Shown: positions 8,691 through 19,786, counted from the first letter of the stretch. The stretch: DNA of 64,000 nucleotides from an uncultured delta proteobacterium (GCA_963727485.1 CAVSGM010000003.1:128001-192000), one strand, 5' to 3'. The notes: generated from the letters alone by a model not told the origin. Program-made: numbers and translations.

Positions 8691-10688
8691 CTAGAGCGTC
8701 TTCACGTAGGCGACCAGCGCTTCGAGCTGGTGCGCGGTGAGGCTGGCCGTGTGCCCGTGGACCTCGGCCCCGCTCCCATCGTCCCGGAAGTCCACCAGGC
8801 GCTGGGTGATCGTCTGCGCCGCGCCGTTGTGCAGGTAGGGCCCGGAGGTGAACACGTCGTGGAGGGTCGGGGTCTGGAGGGCGTGGGTCATGTCGACGAC
8901 CGGGATGCCCGTCGCCGGGTCGGTGAGCGTGGTGAAGGTGCCGACGTCATGGTCGAGGTTGTCGGTGGTGGTGACCCCGGTGTGGCAGACGTTGCACCCG
9001 GCGGCGCCGGAGAAGAGCTGCTTGCCCTCCTGCTGGAGCGCGGTGAGGGTCCCGTCGGCGGCGAGGTTGGGGTTGTCCGGGGCGAGGACCGCCCGGGACT
9101 GGAGGAAGGCGAGGATGTCGTCGAACTGGGGCCCGGTGAGGCCGGTGCCGCCCATGCGGGTCTGGACGATCTCCTGGAACCCGTGGAAGTCGGTGATCTC
9201 CCCGGCCCAGTGGAAGGGCCGGGTCTGGGCGAGGAAGCCGGTGGCGAGCAGCGGGGTGTTCCGCGGCCCCTCGGTGAACATCCAGGTGCGGCCGTCGTCG
9301 CGGCCCTCGGGGTGGCAGGAGGCGCAGGAGATGCCCCCGAGACGGGTGTCGGTGAGGCTCGGGTCGACGGCGGAGTAGAAGAGCCGCCGGCCGCGCTCGA
9401 CGTCGGGGGTGAGCCACGCCGGGGCGTCCGTGACGGAGACGGTGCGGGTCACCTGGAGGCGGTGGGCCACGTCGGCCACCCCCGGGGTCCGGGCGATCTC
9501 GGAGACCGTGTAGGTGTGGGCGTTGTAGACGAACAGGTGCTTGCCGTCGGCGGCCAGCGCCACGCCGGTGGGGAACTGGCCGCCGGTGTCGACCACGCCC
9601 CACACCCCCTCGAAGCGATCGGTCCCCGAGTGGGGCCCGTCGGCGTCGAGCACCGCCAGGTCGTCGGAGCCCTGGAAGGTGACATAGAGGAACGGGCTGC
9701 TCGGATCGGCGACGGCGGCGCTGGGGGCGTTGAGGACCGCGCTCCCGTCGGTGGCGATGACCGGGGGCGGGACCTTGGTGGCGTCGAGGGAGCCCGCGGG
9801 CGGGGTGTCGGTCAGCGGCCTCCCCGGCCCCGAGCTGGTGGTGCCGTCACCGGGGGCCGGGTCGGCGACCACCAGCGAGAGGCTGTCGAGGTTCACCGAG
9901 CTCACCCCGGCGGCGACCACCGGGACCACCCGGCCGCTCCCCGGAGAGCCGCCGTAGGCGTCGGGGCTCTTCGTGGCCACCGCCGCCTGCCGCGCCTCCA
10001 CGTCGAGGACGTAGGCGTGGGCGCCGTCGGAGGAGACCACCATGGCGCCGGCCTGCTCGGCCACGGTCGGGGCGCCGATCCGGCTCTGCATGGTCAGGGG
10101 ATCCTGGGCGAGGCGCACCGGGGCCACCGCCGGGGTGCCGGTGGCCGGGTCGAGGACCGCCACCTGGCCCTCCTTGAACGCGGTGACCAGGAGCTTGCCC
10201 CGGGCGAGGCGCACGCTGCGGGCGTGGTCGACCTTGGCGGTCCACCGCGTCGCCAGGGTGGCGGTGTCGAGGGCGTCGACCTCGCCTGCGGTGAAGCAGG
10301 CGACGTAGAGGGTCTTCCCGTCGGCGGAGAGGGTGAGGCCCACGGGCTCGGCGCCGGTGGGGAGGGTCGCGGTCACCTGGTCGGTCGTGGGATCGAGGAC
10401 CGACACCGAGCGGCTCCCCCGATTGCTCACGAACACCCGCCCGTCCCGGGCCACGGCGACGCGCGTGGGGAAGCGGCCCACCGGGACCTCGGTCTTCACC
10501 TTCAGGGTGGCGGCGTCGACGACCGAGACGGTGCCCTGGTCGGCGTTGGCGGTGTAGAGGGTGGCGCCGTCCGGGGAGATGCCCAGGGACCCGGCGCTCC
10601 GGGCGGTACGGACCTGGCTGGGGCCGGGGCAGCCGGCGAGGGCGAGGGCCGAGAGGGCGGCGGCGACGAGGCGGCGTGGGCGATACAT
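8691..10688 (-). CDS. Lipoprotein with YncE/YVTN beta-propeller and C-terminal di-haem cytochrome c (CCP/MauG-like) domain
   Basis: Lipobox LALAGC; propeller repeats (SPDG..LY.AN..V.VVD); CASCH and CNVCH; RNTP, FHW.G, TPTL...GPYLHNG. Confidence 0.8.
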   Translation of the reverse strand: MYRPRRLVAAALSALALAGCPGPSQVRTARSAGSLGISPDGATLYTANADQGTVSVVDAATLKVKTEVPVGRFPTRVAVARDGRVFVSNRGSRSVSVLDPTTDQVTATLPTGAEPVGLTLSADGKTLYVACFTAGEVDALDTATLATRWTAKVDHARSVRLARGKLLVTAFKEGQVAVLDPATGTPAVAPVRLAQDPLTMQSRIGAPTVAEQAGAMVVSSDGAHAYVLDVEARQAAVATKSPDAYGGSPGSGRVVPVVAAGVSSVNLDSLSLVVADPAPGDGTTSSGPGRPLTDTPPAGSLDATKVPPPVIATDGSAVLNAPSAAVADPSSPFLYVTFQGSDDLAVLDADGPHSGTDRFEGVWGVVDTGGQFPTGVALAADGKHLFVYNAHTYTVSEIARTPGVADVAHRLQVTRTVSVTDAPAWLTPDVERGRRLFYSAVDPSLTDTRLGGISCASCHPEGRDDGRTWMFTEGPRNTPLLATGFLAQTRPFHWAGEITDFHGFQEIVQTRMGGTGLTGPQFDDILAFLQSRAVLAPDNPNLAADGTLTALQQEGKQLFSGAAGCNVCHTGVTTTDNLDHDVGTFTTLTDPATGIPVVDMTHALQTPTLHDVFTSGPYLHNGAAQTITQRLVDFRDDGSGAEVHGHTASLTAHQLEALVAYVKTL

Positions 10689-10702
10689 GGCAGGCTCCCG
10701 TT

Positions 10703-11482
10703 TCAGCCGGCGAGGTCGAGGCCGACGGAGACGTAGGGGAGGGTGGCGTTGGCCACGGCGGTGGCGGTGAGGGGGACGTCGATCCCGAAGCGGGCGACGA
10801 AGCCGAGGTTCCGGTTCACCGGCAGCTCCACCCCCAGGTGCACCGGGAGGGCGAAGCCCAGGGTGAACGGCGGCGGCGGGCCCGCCAGCGGCACCGCGAG
10901 GGGCGCCAGGTTCCAGGCGGCGAGGAGGCCGGTGTCGGCGAAGAAGGTGGTGGTACCGAGGCGCGCCGAGACCACGACGCCCCCGGTGACGTCGACGTCC
11001 CGGTCCATGGTGAGCTTCAGGGCGCTGGCGTCCCCGTGGCCGAGGCTGGCGTCGACGCCGAGGCGGGCGGCCACGGCGAAGCCGCCGCGGTGGTGGAAGC
11101 ACCAGCGGCTCGAGACCCCGACCACGTTCAGGCCCCCGTAGAGGGTGGCGACGCCGAGGCGGAGATCGAGGGCCGGGGTGAGGCCGTAGGCGGCCTCCAC
11201 CTCGAGGAACGGGAAGCCGAGGCTGGCGGCGACGCCGAAGCGCCCGCGGCCGAGGGTGGTGCCGCCGAAGAAGCTCCCCGGGCTGCTGTCGCCCTGGGCC
11301 TGGGCGCGCCACCCGAGGAACGGCTGGGCGGCGTCGGCGCGGGCGGCGGCGGGGACGGCGAGGAGGACCGCGGCCAGGACCACGGCCGCGGTGCCGGCGG
11401 CGGCGTGGGACCCGGCGTGCCGGGCACGCACGGCCCGGCGCCTGCCGCCCCCCGCGGCGTTCCCCCTGGCTCGCATCCTCAT
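10703..11482 (-). CDS. Hypothetical exported, probably outer-membrane beta-barrel protein
   Basis: Signal peptide ending ARA; alternating amphipathic beta strands; start approximate. Confidence 0.55.
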   Translation of the reverse strand: MRMRARGNAAGGGRRRAVRARHAGSHAAAGTAAVVLAAVLLAVPAAARADAAQPFLGWRAQAQGDSSPGSFFGGTTLGRGRFGVAASLGFPFLEVEAAYGLTPALDLRLGVATLYGGLNVVGVSSRWCFHHRGGFAVAARLGVDASLGHGDASALKLTMDRDVDVTGGVVVSARLGTTTFFADTGLLAAWNLAPLAVPLAGPPPPFTLGFALPVHLGVELPVNRNLGFVARFGIDVPLTATAVANATLPYVSVGLDLAG

Positions 11483-11497
11483 CCAGGTCAGGATTTT

Positions 11498-11514
11498 AGC
11501 AAACCGCGTGCCGG
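11498..11514 (-). promoter_or_regulatory. Sigma-54 (-24/-12) promoter
   Basis: CCGGCACGCGGTTTGCT, close to consensus TGGCACG-N4-TTGC, just upstream of ATG 11482. Confidence 0.7.
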
Positions 11515-11637
11515 CTCGTCTTCCCCGCGCCGCGATCGCCAAGCCCCTGAAACCAGGGGGCCGCCTCGTCCAGAGGTGCGTCAGCCGCGACGCGCCCCCT
11601 CGGAGAACCGCGAAGAGGCTGTCACGGATCCGTCGTC

Positions 11638-11910
11638 CTAGGAGACGTTCTCCACGAGCTGGAAGGCCAGCCGGCGGATGAGGATCCGCCGGAGCATCGC
11701 CCGGGCCGAGGATCGCTGGACGTCGTCCTCGACGTCGGCGCGGACCTCGTCGGCGAGCCGCATCACCAGGTCGACCTTGCGATCGTCGATGCGGGAGAAG
11801 TTCTCCTCGTCGCGGCGCTCGAGAAAGAAGTCGAGGCCGTGCCGCCGGAGGAAGAGGAAGAGAATGCGCCGGGCGCGGGCGTGAAGTGCCAGCTCGATGA
11901 CCTCTGCCAT
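11638..11910 (-). CDS. Small hypothetical protein (90 aa)
   Basis: Host-like codon usage, helical charged sequence; GACAAT 7 nt before ATG. Confidence 0.6.
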   Translation of the reverse strand: MAEVIELALHARARRILFLFLRRHGLDFFLERRDEENFSRIDDRKVDLVMRLADEVRADVEDDVQRSSARAMLRRILIRRLAFQLVENVS

Positions 11911-12016
11911 GCGGCGCATTGTCCCCGGGAACCGCGGCCCCACAAGAAAACCGGAGAAGTGCAACAGGTCGCCACAACCCCGGTGGACGCCGGGCCGGTG
12001 GGGTCCCTCGCCGGCT

Positions 12017-12715
12017 TCAGAGGCCGAGGGCGGCGAGGAGGGGATCGACGTGGGCGGAAAGGTCCGGGGCGTCGCCTTCGAGGTGGGGCAGGGGGCCGAG
12101 GACCGAAAGGCCGGTGAGGCGCGCGAGGATCTCCGCGTTGTCCAAGATCGACGGGTCGTCCCCGGGGCCCACGGGATCGGGGCCGGCGTTGAGGACAATC
12201 GCGGCGACCGAAAGGCCCCGGGCCCGGCACGCCTCCACGGTGAGGCGGCTGTGGTTGAGGGTGCCGAGGCGGGCGCGGGCCACCACCAGGAGCGGCAGGC
12301 AGAGGGCCACCGCGAGGTCGGCGACGTCGTGCTCGGCGGTGAGGGGGACGAGGAGCCCGCCGGCCGCCTCGACCACCACCACCGGGTGGCGCCGGGCGAG
12401 CTCGGCGTAGGCGGCGAGGGTGGGCGCGAGGGTGAGCGTCCGACCTTCCCGGGCGGCGGCGATCCCCGGGGCCAGCGGGAGGCGGAAGCGGTGGAGGCAG
12501 ACGGTGTCCAGGGGCTGGGTGTCCCCGGCGGCGGCCTTGAGCTTCAGGGCGTCGGCGGGGAGCAGGGTGCCGTCCGGGGCCTCGGCGCAGCCGCTCTCGA
12601 AGGGCTTGAGGACGCCCACGTCCACGCCCCGGGCCACAAGGCGCCGGACGAGGGCGCAGGCCACGGTGGTCTTGCCCACCTCGGTGTCGGTGGCGGTGAC
12701 CAGGAGCCCGGGCAT
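12017..12715 (-). CDS. bioD: Dethiobiotin synthase
   Basis: VTATDTEVGKT, LKPFESG, VVEAAGGLLVP, LGTLNH. Confidence 0.92.
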   Translation of the reverse strand: MPGLLVTATDTEVGKTTVACALVRRLVARGVDVGVLKPFESGCAEAPDGTLLPADALKLKAAAGDTQPLDTVCLHRFRLPLAPGIAAAREGRTLTLAPTLAAYAELARRHPVVVVEAAGGLLVPLTAEHDVADLAVALCLPLLVVARARLGTLNHSRLTVEACRARGLSVAAIVLNAGPDPVGPGDDPSILDNAEILARLTGLSVLGPLPHLEGDAPDLSAHVDPLLAALGL

Positions 12716-14148
12716 CACTTCGCCGCGGGGGTCTTCGAGGCGGTGGGTGTTGCCTGCGCCGACGGAGGCGCGGTGATGGTTCCGTCCCGGGCGACGACGA
12801 CGCCGGTCGTGGGGAAGTCGGACGCGGTGAGGGTGCGCACGAGATCGATCACCCGGCCCTTCGGATCCGGCCTCGGCACGCCCTTGCCCGCAAGCTCGGT
12901 GGGCAGGATCTTCCCGCGGAGGAAGCGGCCGTGGGCGTTCATCGTCACCTGCAGGATCATCCCGAGGGCGGTGGGGCCGGCGAGGTGGAAGCGGCCGTAG
13001 GTGGCGAAGTTGCCCAGGGAGTAGGCGATGAGGTGATGCTTGTAGACCTCCATCGCCCGGGCCACGTGGGGCCCGCTGCCGAGGACCAGGTCGGCGCCGG
13101 CGTCGATGACCCCGTGGGCGAAGACCGGCAGGTCGCCGCGATCCTCGCCGAAGAACAGCTCGTGCCCCTTCACCACGTGGAGGTGGCTCGCCCCCTCGCC
13201 GCCGCCGTGGAAGTAGACGATCACCAGGTTGTGGGTGCGCTTGGTGGCGCGGACCAGGGCCCTCGCGGTCTTCAGGTCGTTGACGTCGTTGCACGACGGC
13301 GAGGTGTGGAAGGCGATCATGGCGATCTTGAGGCCCTTGCGCCGGACCTCGGCGATGGTCCCCGGGGGGCCCGACCACTTGATCCCCAGCTTGTTGAGGG
13401 TGTGCTCGGTCTCCTCCCGGCACAGCTCGCCGTAGTCGCCGGCGTGGTTGTTGGCCACCGACGCCAGGTCGACCCCGGCGCGCTTGAGGTAGCGGCCGTA
13501 GCGGGTGGGGGAGCGGAAGGCGTAGCAGTTGGCCCCCGGCGCGCACTTGTGGCTCACGCCGTGATCGCACAGCGGGCCCTCGAGGTTCACCGAGGTGAGG
13601 TCCGCGTGGCGCAGCTCCGGGGCCACCGCGTCCAGGAGGTGCCGGCCGTCGTGGGGCGGCAGGAAGCCCTTGGGGACGGTGGTGCCCATCATCACGTCGC
13701 CCACGGCCCGGATGGTGATCGTCGTGCCCTTGGGGGCCGCCGGGGGCGGCGGCGCCGGGGCGTGCCTGCGCGAGTCCCGGAGGCGCTGGGCCAGGGCGAG
13801 CTGCTGCCTGGCCCGGGGCAGGTACTCGGCGAGGTGGGGGTAGTGGGGGGCGAGCTGCTTCACCCGGCTCCACTCGAAGACCACCTGCCCCCAGGCGCCG
13901 TCGAGGTAGTAGGCCCAGCCGAGCTGCCAGTGGCAGTCGGCGCGCTCCGGGGCCAGGTGGACGCAGCGCCGGAGGGCGGTCTGGGCGCCGGCGGCGTCCT
14001 TCTTCTTCAGGGCGGCCACCCCGGCGGCGAGGGCGGCGTCGGCCGGCGAGGCCTTGGCGGTCGGCTTCGTCGCTGGCGGCGCGGCGAGGGCCGGGCGGGC
14101 GAGGGCGGCGACGACGAGGAGGGCGAGTGGGGCAGGACGGCGCAGCAT
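12715..14148 (-). CDS. CapA (PGA_cap) family metallophosphatase with N-terminal TPR
   Basis: AVGDVM, NLEG, ANNH..DYG, YFHGG.E, DLVLGSGPHV, YSLGNF; signal peptide and TPR helices. Confidence 0.85.
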   Translation of the reverse strand: MLRRPAPLALLVVAALARPALAAPPATKPTAKASPADAALAAGVAALKKKDAAGAQTALRRCVHLAPERADCHWQLGWAYYLDGAWGQVVFEWSRVKQLAPHYPHLAEYLPRARQQLALAQRLRDSRRHAPAPPPPAAPKGTTITIRAVGDVMMGTTVPKGFLPPHDGRHLLDAVAPELRHADLTSVNLEGPLCDHGVSHKCAPGANCYAFRSPTRYGRYLKRAGVDLASVANNHAGDYGELCREETEHTLNKLGIKWSGPPGTIAEVRRKGLKIAMIAFHTSPSCNDVNDLKTARALVRATKRTHNLVIVYFHGGGEGASHLHVVKGHELFFGEDRGDLPVFAHGVIDAGADLVLGSGPHVARAMEVYKHHLIAYSLGNFATYGRFHLAGPTALGMILQVTMNAHGRFLRGKILPTELAGKGVPRPDPKGRVIDLVRTLTASDFPTTGVVVARDGTITAPPSAQATPTASKTPAAK

Positions 14149-14190
14149 GGCGCCGCAGTCTAGCAGCGGACGAGACTCGACGGGGCGCGG

Positions 14191-16441
14191 CTAGTCCGGG
14201 GTCACCAGCTCGCCGCCAAACGGGCTGGAGTTCTTCACGAAGAACACCGAGCGCAGCCCCTCGGCCATGGCCTCGAGCTGCTCGGCGGCCTTCGCCTCAC
14301 CGCCGGCCTCGGGGACCGAGAGGCCGAGGAACACCAGGTCGGCGTCGGCGCTCTGGGACTGGATCATCTCCCGCACCGTCTGCCCCTCGGGGCGCAGCTG
14401 CACGGTGACCTCGGCGTCGATGCGGATCTCCGGGAGGAAGCGCCCGAGGTGGCGCTCGGTCTCGCCCTTCATGTGCTCGTTGCTGGCGAGCGACATCACC
14501 CGGATCTTCGCCCCGCGCCACTCGGGGTTCCTCGTGAGCAGGTGGGCCAGCAAGAGCATCAGGTCGCCGTTACGCTGCAGGCCCCCCCACCACACGTGGA
14601 TCTCCCGGCGGCGCTTGCCCTTGCCGGTCAGGAGCCCCGGCTGCACCCGGGCGACGATGGCCGACTTGTGGAGCTTCTCCAGCCGGCGCACCACCTGGAG
14701 CAGCTCGGCCATCCGCGCCGCCTCCCGCGGCCAGCCGAGCAGCGCGGTGTTGGAGTCGAGGCCGGCGATGCCGTTGGCCTGCATCACGCTGGCGATCCCC
14801 GGCAGCGCCTCGTCCACCGCGTCGACCTCCCCGAAGGCGATGAGCCCCTCCCGGTCGAGGACCCGGGTGAGACGCTCGGTCCGGGCGTCGAGGTCCACGT
14901 CGAGGAGGTCGCCGACGACCAGCTCGCAGACCGTGACCACCCCGCGGCCCTGGGAGAACCAGGTGCCGAAGCGGACCAGGTCGAGGTGGCGCTCGACGTC
15001 GTCGACGAAGGTGAGGATGTGGGGCCGCCAGCTCCGTGCGGTCATCGGCCGGCGCGAGAGGCGCAGGAGCGACCAGCGGATCAGCGCCTCGTACATCCCC
15101 CGGCGGGCGTCGCCCCACTCGGCCCGGCGCTCCCGGCGCCCGAGCCACAGCCACAGGGCGATCTCCACGGCGATGGCCGCCGCCGCCGCCTTGGCGTCGA
15201 TGAGGAACATCACCGCGAACGAGCCCAGGGCGCCGACGAGGCTCACCAGCCAGGGCACCCGGATCTTGGGGCGCCAGGAGGCGTCGCCGGAGAGGGTCTC
15301 CAGGGCGGCGACCAGGTTCACCATCCCGTAGACGGTGAGGAAGAACATCGAGACCACCGGGGCCACGGCGTTGAGGTTCCCCAGGAGCACCGCGCCCAGG
15401 GCGATGGCGACGGTGCCGATGAGGCCGAGGATGGGCTCGCCGGTCTGCTTCCCCGCGAGCATCTTCGGCGCCAGCTCGTCCATCGCCAGCGCCTGGAGGG
15501 TGCGCGGGGCGCCGAGGGCCGAGCCCACCGCCGAGGAGAAGATCGCCCCCCAGAGCCCGGGGACCACCAGCCAGGCGCCCAGAGGCGCGATGCGGGTCCA
15601 GATCAGCGGGTCCTTGAGGGCCTGGGGATTGGCGCCGGCGTGGAGGAGGAACGGGACGCCGAGGTAGATGACGAAGCCGGTGAGGGTGGCGGCGATGGCG
15701 CCCAGGGGGATGGCCTTGCCCGGGTTGCGCAGGTCGCCGGAGAGGCCGAGGCCGGCCATCACCCCGGTGACCGCCGGGAAGAACACCGCGAACACCACCC
15801 AGAAGCCCACGGCCTTGGCGGCGGGGGCGGCGACGGGGACCGGGTCGGCGACGTAGTGGCCCCGGAGGACCCCGACCGCGAGCGCCGCGATGGCCATGAC
15901 GATGAGCACCATCAGGGGGATCTGCGCCTTGAGGGCGGCGTTGGCGCCCTTGAACGCCAGGATCCCCACCGCGGCGACGATGACGAAGGCGGCGAGCTCC
16001 ACCGGGACGCCCGGCCACACGATGCGCAGGGACTCGGCGAGACCGAAGGCGTAGAGGGTCACCGAGAACGCCTGGGAGAGGAAGAGCGGCACCCCGATGG
16101 CGCCGCCGATCTCCAGGCCCAGGCTCCGCGGAGATCATGTAGTAGGCGCCGCCCACGCCCACGTGGATGTTGGTGGCCACCGCCGAGAGCGAGAGCGCGG
16201 TGATGAGGGTGATGACGTTGGCGATGACGACGATGAGCAGCGTCTTCGGCAGGCCCACCGAGCCCACGACCCACCCGAAGCGCAGGAACATGATCACGCC
16301 GAGGATGGTGAGCACCGTCGGGGTGTAGACCCCGATGAAGGTGCCCAGCTTGCCGTCCTTCGGCCGCCGCGGCTTGCGGAAGCGCGAGAGCAGTCCCCCC
16401 TTCACCGGCGACCGCGTCGCTGTCTCCTCGCCCTTGGCCAT
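14191..16441 (-). CDS. Cation-chloride cotransporter (SLC12-like); frameshift at about 16130
   Basis: LGTFIGVYTP..LTILGVIMFLR.GWVVG, GGAYYMISRSLG (repaired), FAVFFPAVTG.MAG..SGDL, WRP.IL, VWWGG. Confidence 0.88.
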
Positions 16442-16499
16442 GGGCGGAGAGGGTACTCGGGGACGGGGGCTTCGCGCGAGGGGGGAAGCGCGGCGGCCC

Positions 16500-17540
16500 C
16501 TAGCCGAAGAACACCGCGGCGTCGTCGTAGAGCGCCTGGTCGATGCCCTTGAGCTTGGCGGTGGCCTCGGCGAGCGGCACCTCGACCATGGCGGTGCCCT
16601 TGAGGGCGACCATCATCCCGAACTGCCCCCGCTGCACCATCTCGGCGGCGTGGAGGCCGAAGCGGGTGGCGAGCACCCGGTCCCAGGCGGTGGGGCTGCC
16701 CCCGCGCTGCACGTGGCCCAGGGTGGTCACCCGGGTCTCGATCCCGAGGCGCTCCTCGAGCTCGGCGGCGAGCCAGGCGCCGACGCCCCCGAGGCGCGGG
16801 CGGCCGAAGTCGTCGGGGGTGGCGATGGCGGTGATGAGCCTGGGCTCCCCGTCCTCGCCGATGATCCGGGCGCCCTCGGCGACGACCACGATGGAGAAGT
16901 TCTTCCCCCGGCGGTGGCGGCGCTCGAGGCTCCGGGCGAGCTCGTCGAGGTCGGTGGCCCGCTCGGGGACCAGGATGGCGTCGGCGCCCCCGGCCATCCC
17001 CGCGTGGAGCGCGATGTGGCCCACGTGCCGGCCCATGACCTCGACCACCATGACCCGGCTGTGGGCCTCGGCGGTGGTGTGGAGGCGGTCGATGGCGTCG
17101 GTGGCGATCTGCACCGCGGTGTCGAAGCCGAAGGTGTAGTCGGTGGCGGCGATGTCGTTGTCGATGGTCTTCGGCACCCCGACCACCTTGAGCTGGCCGC
17201 GCTCGTGGAAGCGCCGGGTGATGGAGAGGGTGCCCTCGCCGCCGATGGCGATCACCGCGTCGAGGCCGAGCTCGGCGGCGGTGTGCTCCACCCGCGCCGG
17301 GCCGTCGTCTGCCTGGTAGGGGTTCACGCGGGTGGTCCCGAGGATGGTGCCCCCGGCGTGGAGGATCCCGCTGACCGCGCGCTGGGTGAGCTTGAAGTGG
17401 TCGCGCTCGAGGAGCCCCTGCCACCCGCCCCGGATCCCGGTGACCTCGTAGTGGAGGGACACCGAGCGCCGGACCACCGCGCGAATCACCGCGTTGAGCC
17501 CCGGGCAGTCGCCGCCGCCGGTGAGGATGCCGACCTTCAC
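16500..17540 (-). CDS. pfkA: 6-phosphofructokinase
   Basis: [45 protein letters not shown] start 17540. Confidence 0.93.
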   Translation of the reverse strand: MKVGILTGGGDCPGLNAVIRAVVRRSVSLHYEVTGIRGGWQGLLERDHFKLTQRAVSGILHAGGTILGTTRVNPYQADDGPARVEHTAAELGLDAVIAIGGEGTLSITRRFHERGQLKVVGVPKTIDNDIAATDYTFGFDTAVQIATDAIDRLHTTAEAHSRVMVVEVMGRHVGHIALHAGMAGGADAILVPERATDLDELARSLERRHRRGKNFSIVVVAEGARIIGEDGEPRLITAIATPDDFGRPRLGGVGAWLAAELEERLGIETRVTTLGHVQRGGSPTAWDRVLATRFGLHAAEMVQRGQFGMMVALKGTAMVEVPLAEATAKLKGIDQALYDDAAVFFG

Positions 17541-17605
17541 GGGTGCCTCGTTACGCCAGGGTGGGCAGGGCTGCAAGCACGGATATCCTGCGCTGCGCCG
17601 GATCG

Positions 17606-17634
17606 TTGCCCGGCCGGGGTCGCGGTGCTAATCC
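17606..17634 (+). promoter_or_regulatory. Sigma-70-type promoter for a probably leaderless fumC transcript
   Basis: TTGCCC-N17-TAATCC with TG extension, ATG 7 nt downstream, no SD. Confidence 0.45.
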
Positions 17635-17641
17635 CCCACCC

Positions 17642-19036
17642 ATGAAGACGCGCATCGAAACCGACTCCATGGGTGAGATGGAGGTCCCGGCGGACCGCTA
17701 CTACGGCGCCCAGACCGCCCGCTCCAAGTCGAACTTCAAGATCGGCGGCGAGACCATGCCCCGGGAGATCCTCCGGGCCTTCGGGATCCTCAAGAAGGCC
17801 GCGGCGATCACCAACCGGGACCTGGGCAACCTCGAGCCGGCCATCGCCGACCTCATCGTCAAGGCCGCCGACGAGGTCATCGCCGGCAAGCTCGACGACC
17901 ACTTCCCCCTGGTGGTGTGGCAGACCGGGTCGGGGACCCAGTCGAACATGAACGTCAACGAGGTCATCTCCAACCGCGCCATCGAGCTCGCCGGCGGACA
18001 GATGGGCTCCAAGAAGCCGGTCCACCCCAACGACCACGTCAACCGCTCCCAGTCGAGCAACGACACCTTCCCCACCGCCATGCACATCGCCGCGGTGGAG
18101 CGCATCGAGGACCACCTCCTGCCCAAGGTGAAGCAGCTGCGGGACACCCTGGCGGGCAAGTCCGAGCAGTTCGCCGACATCGTGAAGATCGGGCGCACCC
18201 ACCTCCAGGACGCGGTGCCCCTGACCCTGGGCCAGGAGATGAGCGGCTGGGTGGCCCAGCTCGACCACGCCCTGGCCGCCGTCGAGGCCACGCTCCCCCA
18301 GCTCCGGGAGCTGGCGCTCGGCGGCACCGCGGTGGGCACCGGGCTCAACACCCACCCCAAGTACGCCGAGCAGGTGGCGGCGAAGATCGCCGAGCTGTCC
18401 GGCCACGCCTTCGTCACCGCGCCCAACAAGTTCGGGGCGCTCGCCGCCCACGACGCCTTCGTGGGGACCAGCGGGGCCCTCAAGCAGCTCGCCGCCGCGT
18501 GCATGAAGATCGCCAACGACGTGCGCTGGCTCGCCAGCGGCCCGCGCTGCGGCATCGGCGAGCTGAAGATCCCCGAGAACGAGCCGGGCAGCTCCATCAT
18601 GCCGGGCAAGGTGAACCCCACCCAGGCCGAGGCCATGACCATGGTCTGCTGCCAGGTCTTCGGCAACGACGCCACCATCGGCTTCGCCGGCTCCCAGGGG
18701 AACTTCGAGCTCAACGTCTACAAGCCGGTGATCGCCTTCAACCTGCTCCAGTCGGTGCGGCTCCTCGGCGACAGCTGCGAGAGCTTCGACATTCACTGCG
18801 CGGTGGGCATCGAGCCCAACCGCGAGGTCATCGAGCGGAACCTCAAGAACTCCCTGATGCTGGTGACGGCGCTGAACCCCAAGATCGGCTACGACAACGC
18901 CGCCAAGGTGGCCAAGCACGCCCACAAGACCGGCGGCACCCTCAAGGACGCGGCGGTGGAGCTGGGCCTGCTCACCGCGGAGGAGTTCGACGCCGCCGTC
19001 CGGCCCGATAAGATGGTCGGACCCCTCGATCTGTAG
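17642..19036 (+). CDS. fumC: Class II fumarate hydratase
   Basis: [41 protein letters not shown] signature. Confidence 0.97.
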   Translation: MKTRIETDSMGEMEVPADRYYGAQTARSKSNFKIGGETMPREILRAFGILKKAAAITNRDLGNLEPAIADLIVKAADEVIAGKLDDHFPLVVWQTGSGTQSNMNVNEVISNRAIELAGGQMGSKKPVHPNDHVNRSQSSNDTFPTAMHIAAVERIEDHLLPKVKQLRDTLAGKSEQFADIVKIGRTHLQDAVPLTLGQEMSGWVAQLDHALAAVEATLPQLRELALGGTAVGTGLNTHPKYAEQVAAKIAELSGHAFVTAPNKFGALAAHDAFVGTSGALKQLAAACMKIANDVRWLASGPRCGIGELKIPENEPGSSIMPGKVNPTQAEAMTMVCCQVFGNDATIGFAGSQGNFELNVYKPVIAFNLLQSVRLLGDSCESFDIHCAVGIEPNREVIERNLKNSLMLVTALNPKIGYDNAAKVAKHAHKTGGTLKDAAVELGLLTAEEFDAAVRPDKMVGPLDL

Positions 19037-19057
19037 TCCGCCTCCAGGAGCGTCCGC

Positions 19058-19786
19058 ATGTCCCCGAGCCCCCGCCTCGCCCTCGCCGCCGCCGTCCTCT
19101 TCGCCTGTGCCGCCTGCAGCGGCGGGAGCGGCGGGGGCACCCCCGACGGCGGCACCGACGGGGGCTCGAACGGCCAGACCGACCAGGCCTACTTCGGGCT
19201 GACCGACGGCACCTGCTACGGCTTCCTCCAGGCCGGGGGCACCGCGGGCCGTCCCCCGGACGCCACCATCGGGATCCAGGCGGACAACACCCTGGGCTAC
19301 CCGGCGCTGCGGGTGGACTACCGGGTGGGCGGCTTCGTCCTCCGCACCGACTTCGTGACCGTGGACAACGGCCAGGTGCTGCTCCACCGGCGCGAGGAGA
19401 CGGGCAACCCCGGGATGCAGGTGGAGTTCAGCCCGCCCATCGTGCTCCTCGAGCGGCCGGTGCGGGAGACCGGGACCTCGCCTGTCACCACCGACTCCAC
19501 CTCCACCGACGTGACCGACAGCAGCACCGCCGCCTGGCACGTGGAGGTCACCGTCGCCGCCACCCAGTCCACCCAGACCACCCAGCAGAGCGCCCCCTAC
19601 GACGCCTACCCGGTCTACCTCGCCTACCAGCACCCGACCCTGGGGGCGGCGCAGCAGGACAAGCTGTGGGTGGTCCCGAACACCGGCTTCGTGCGCGCCG
19701 ACCTCGACGGCTCGAGCTGGCCCGACGTCACCCTCTCCGCCATCTGGCAGCTCAAGCCGGGGGAAAGCCGATGCACCGCGCCGTGA
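19058..19786 (+). CDS. Hypothetical lipoprotein
   Basis: AGGAG RBS; lipobox-like CAAC followed by Gly/Ser/Asp linker. Confidence 0.7.
   Translation: MSPSPRLALAAAVLFACAACSGGSGGGTPDGGTDGGSNGQTDQAYFGLTDGTCYGFLQAGGTAGRPPDATIGIQADNTLGYPALRVDYRVGGFVLRTDFVTVDNGQVLLHRREETGNPGMQVEFSPPIVLLERPVRETGTSPVTTDSTSTDVTDSSTAAWHVEVTVAATQSTQTTQQSAPYDAYPVYLAYQHPTLGAAQQDKLWVVPNTGFVRADLDGSSWPDVTLSAIWQLKPGESRCTAP

Noticed and set aside
11960..11976. Sigma-54 promoter for the 90-aa gene
   Set aside because: GG to GC spacing is 9 nt, not the required 10
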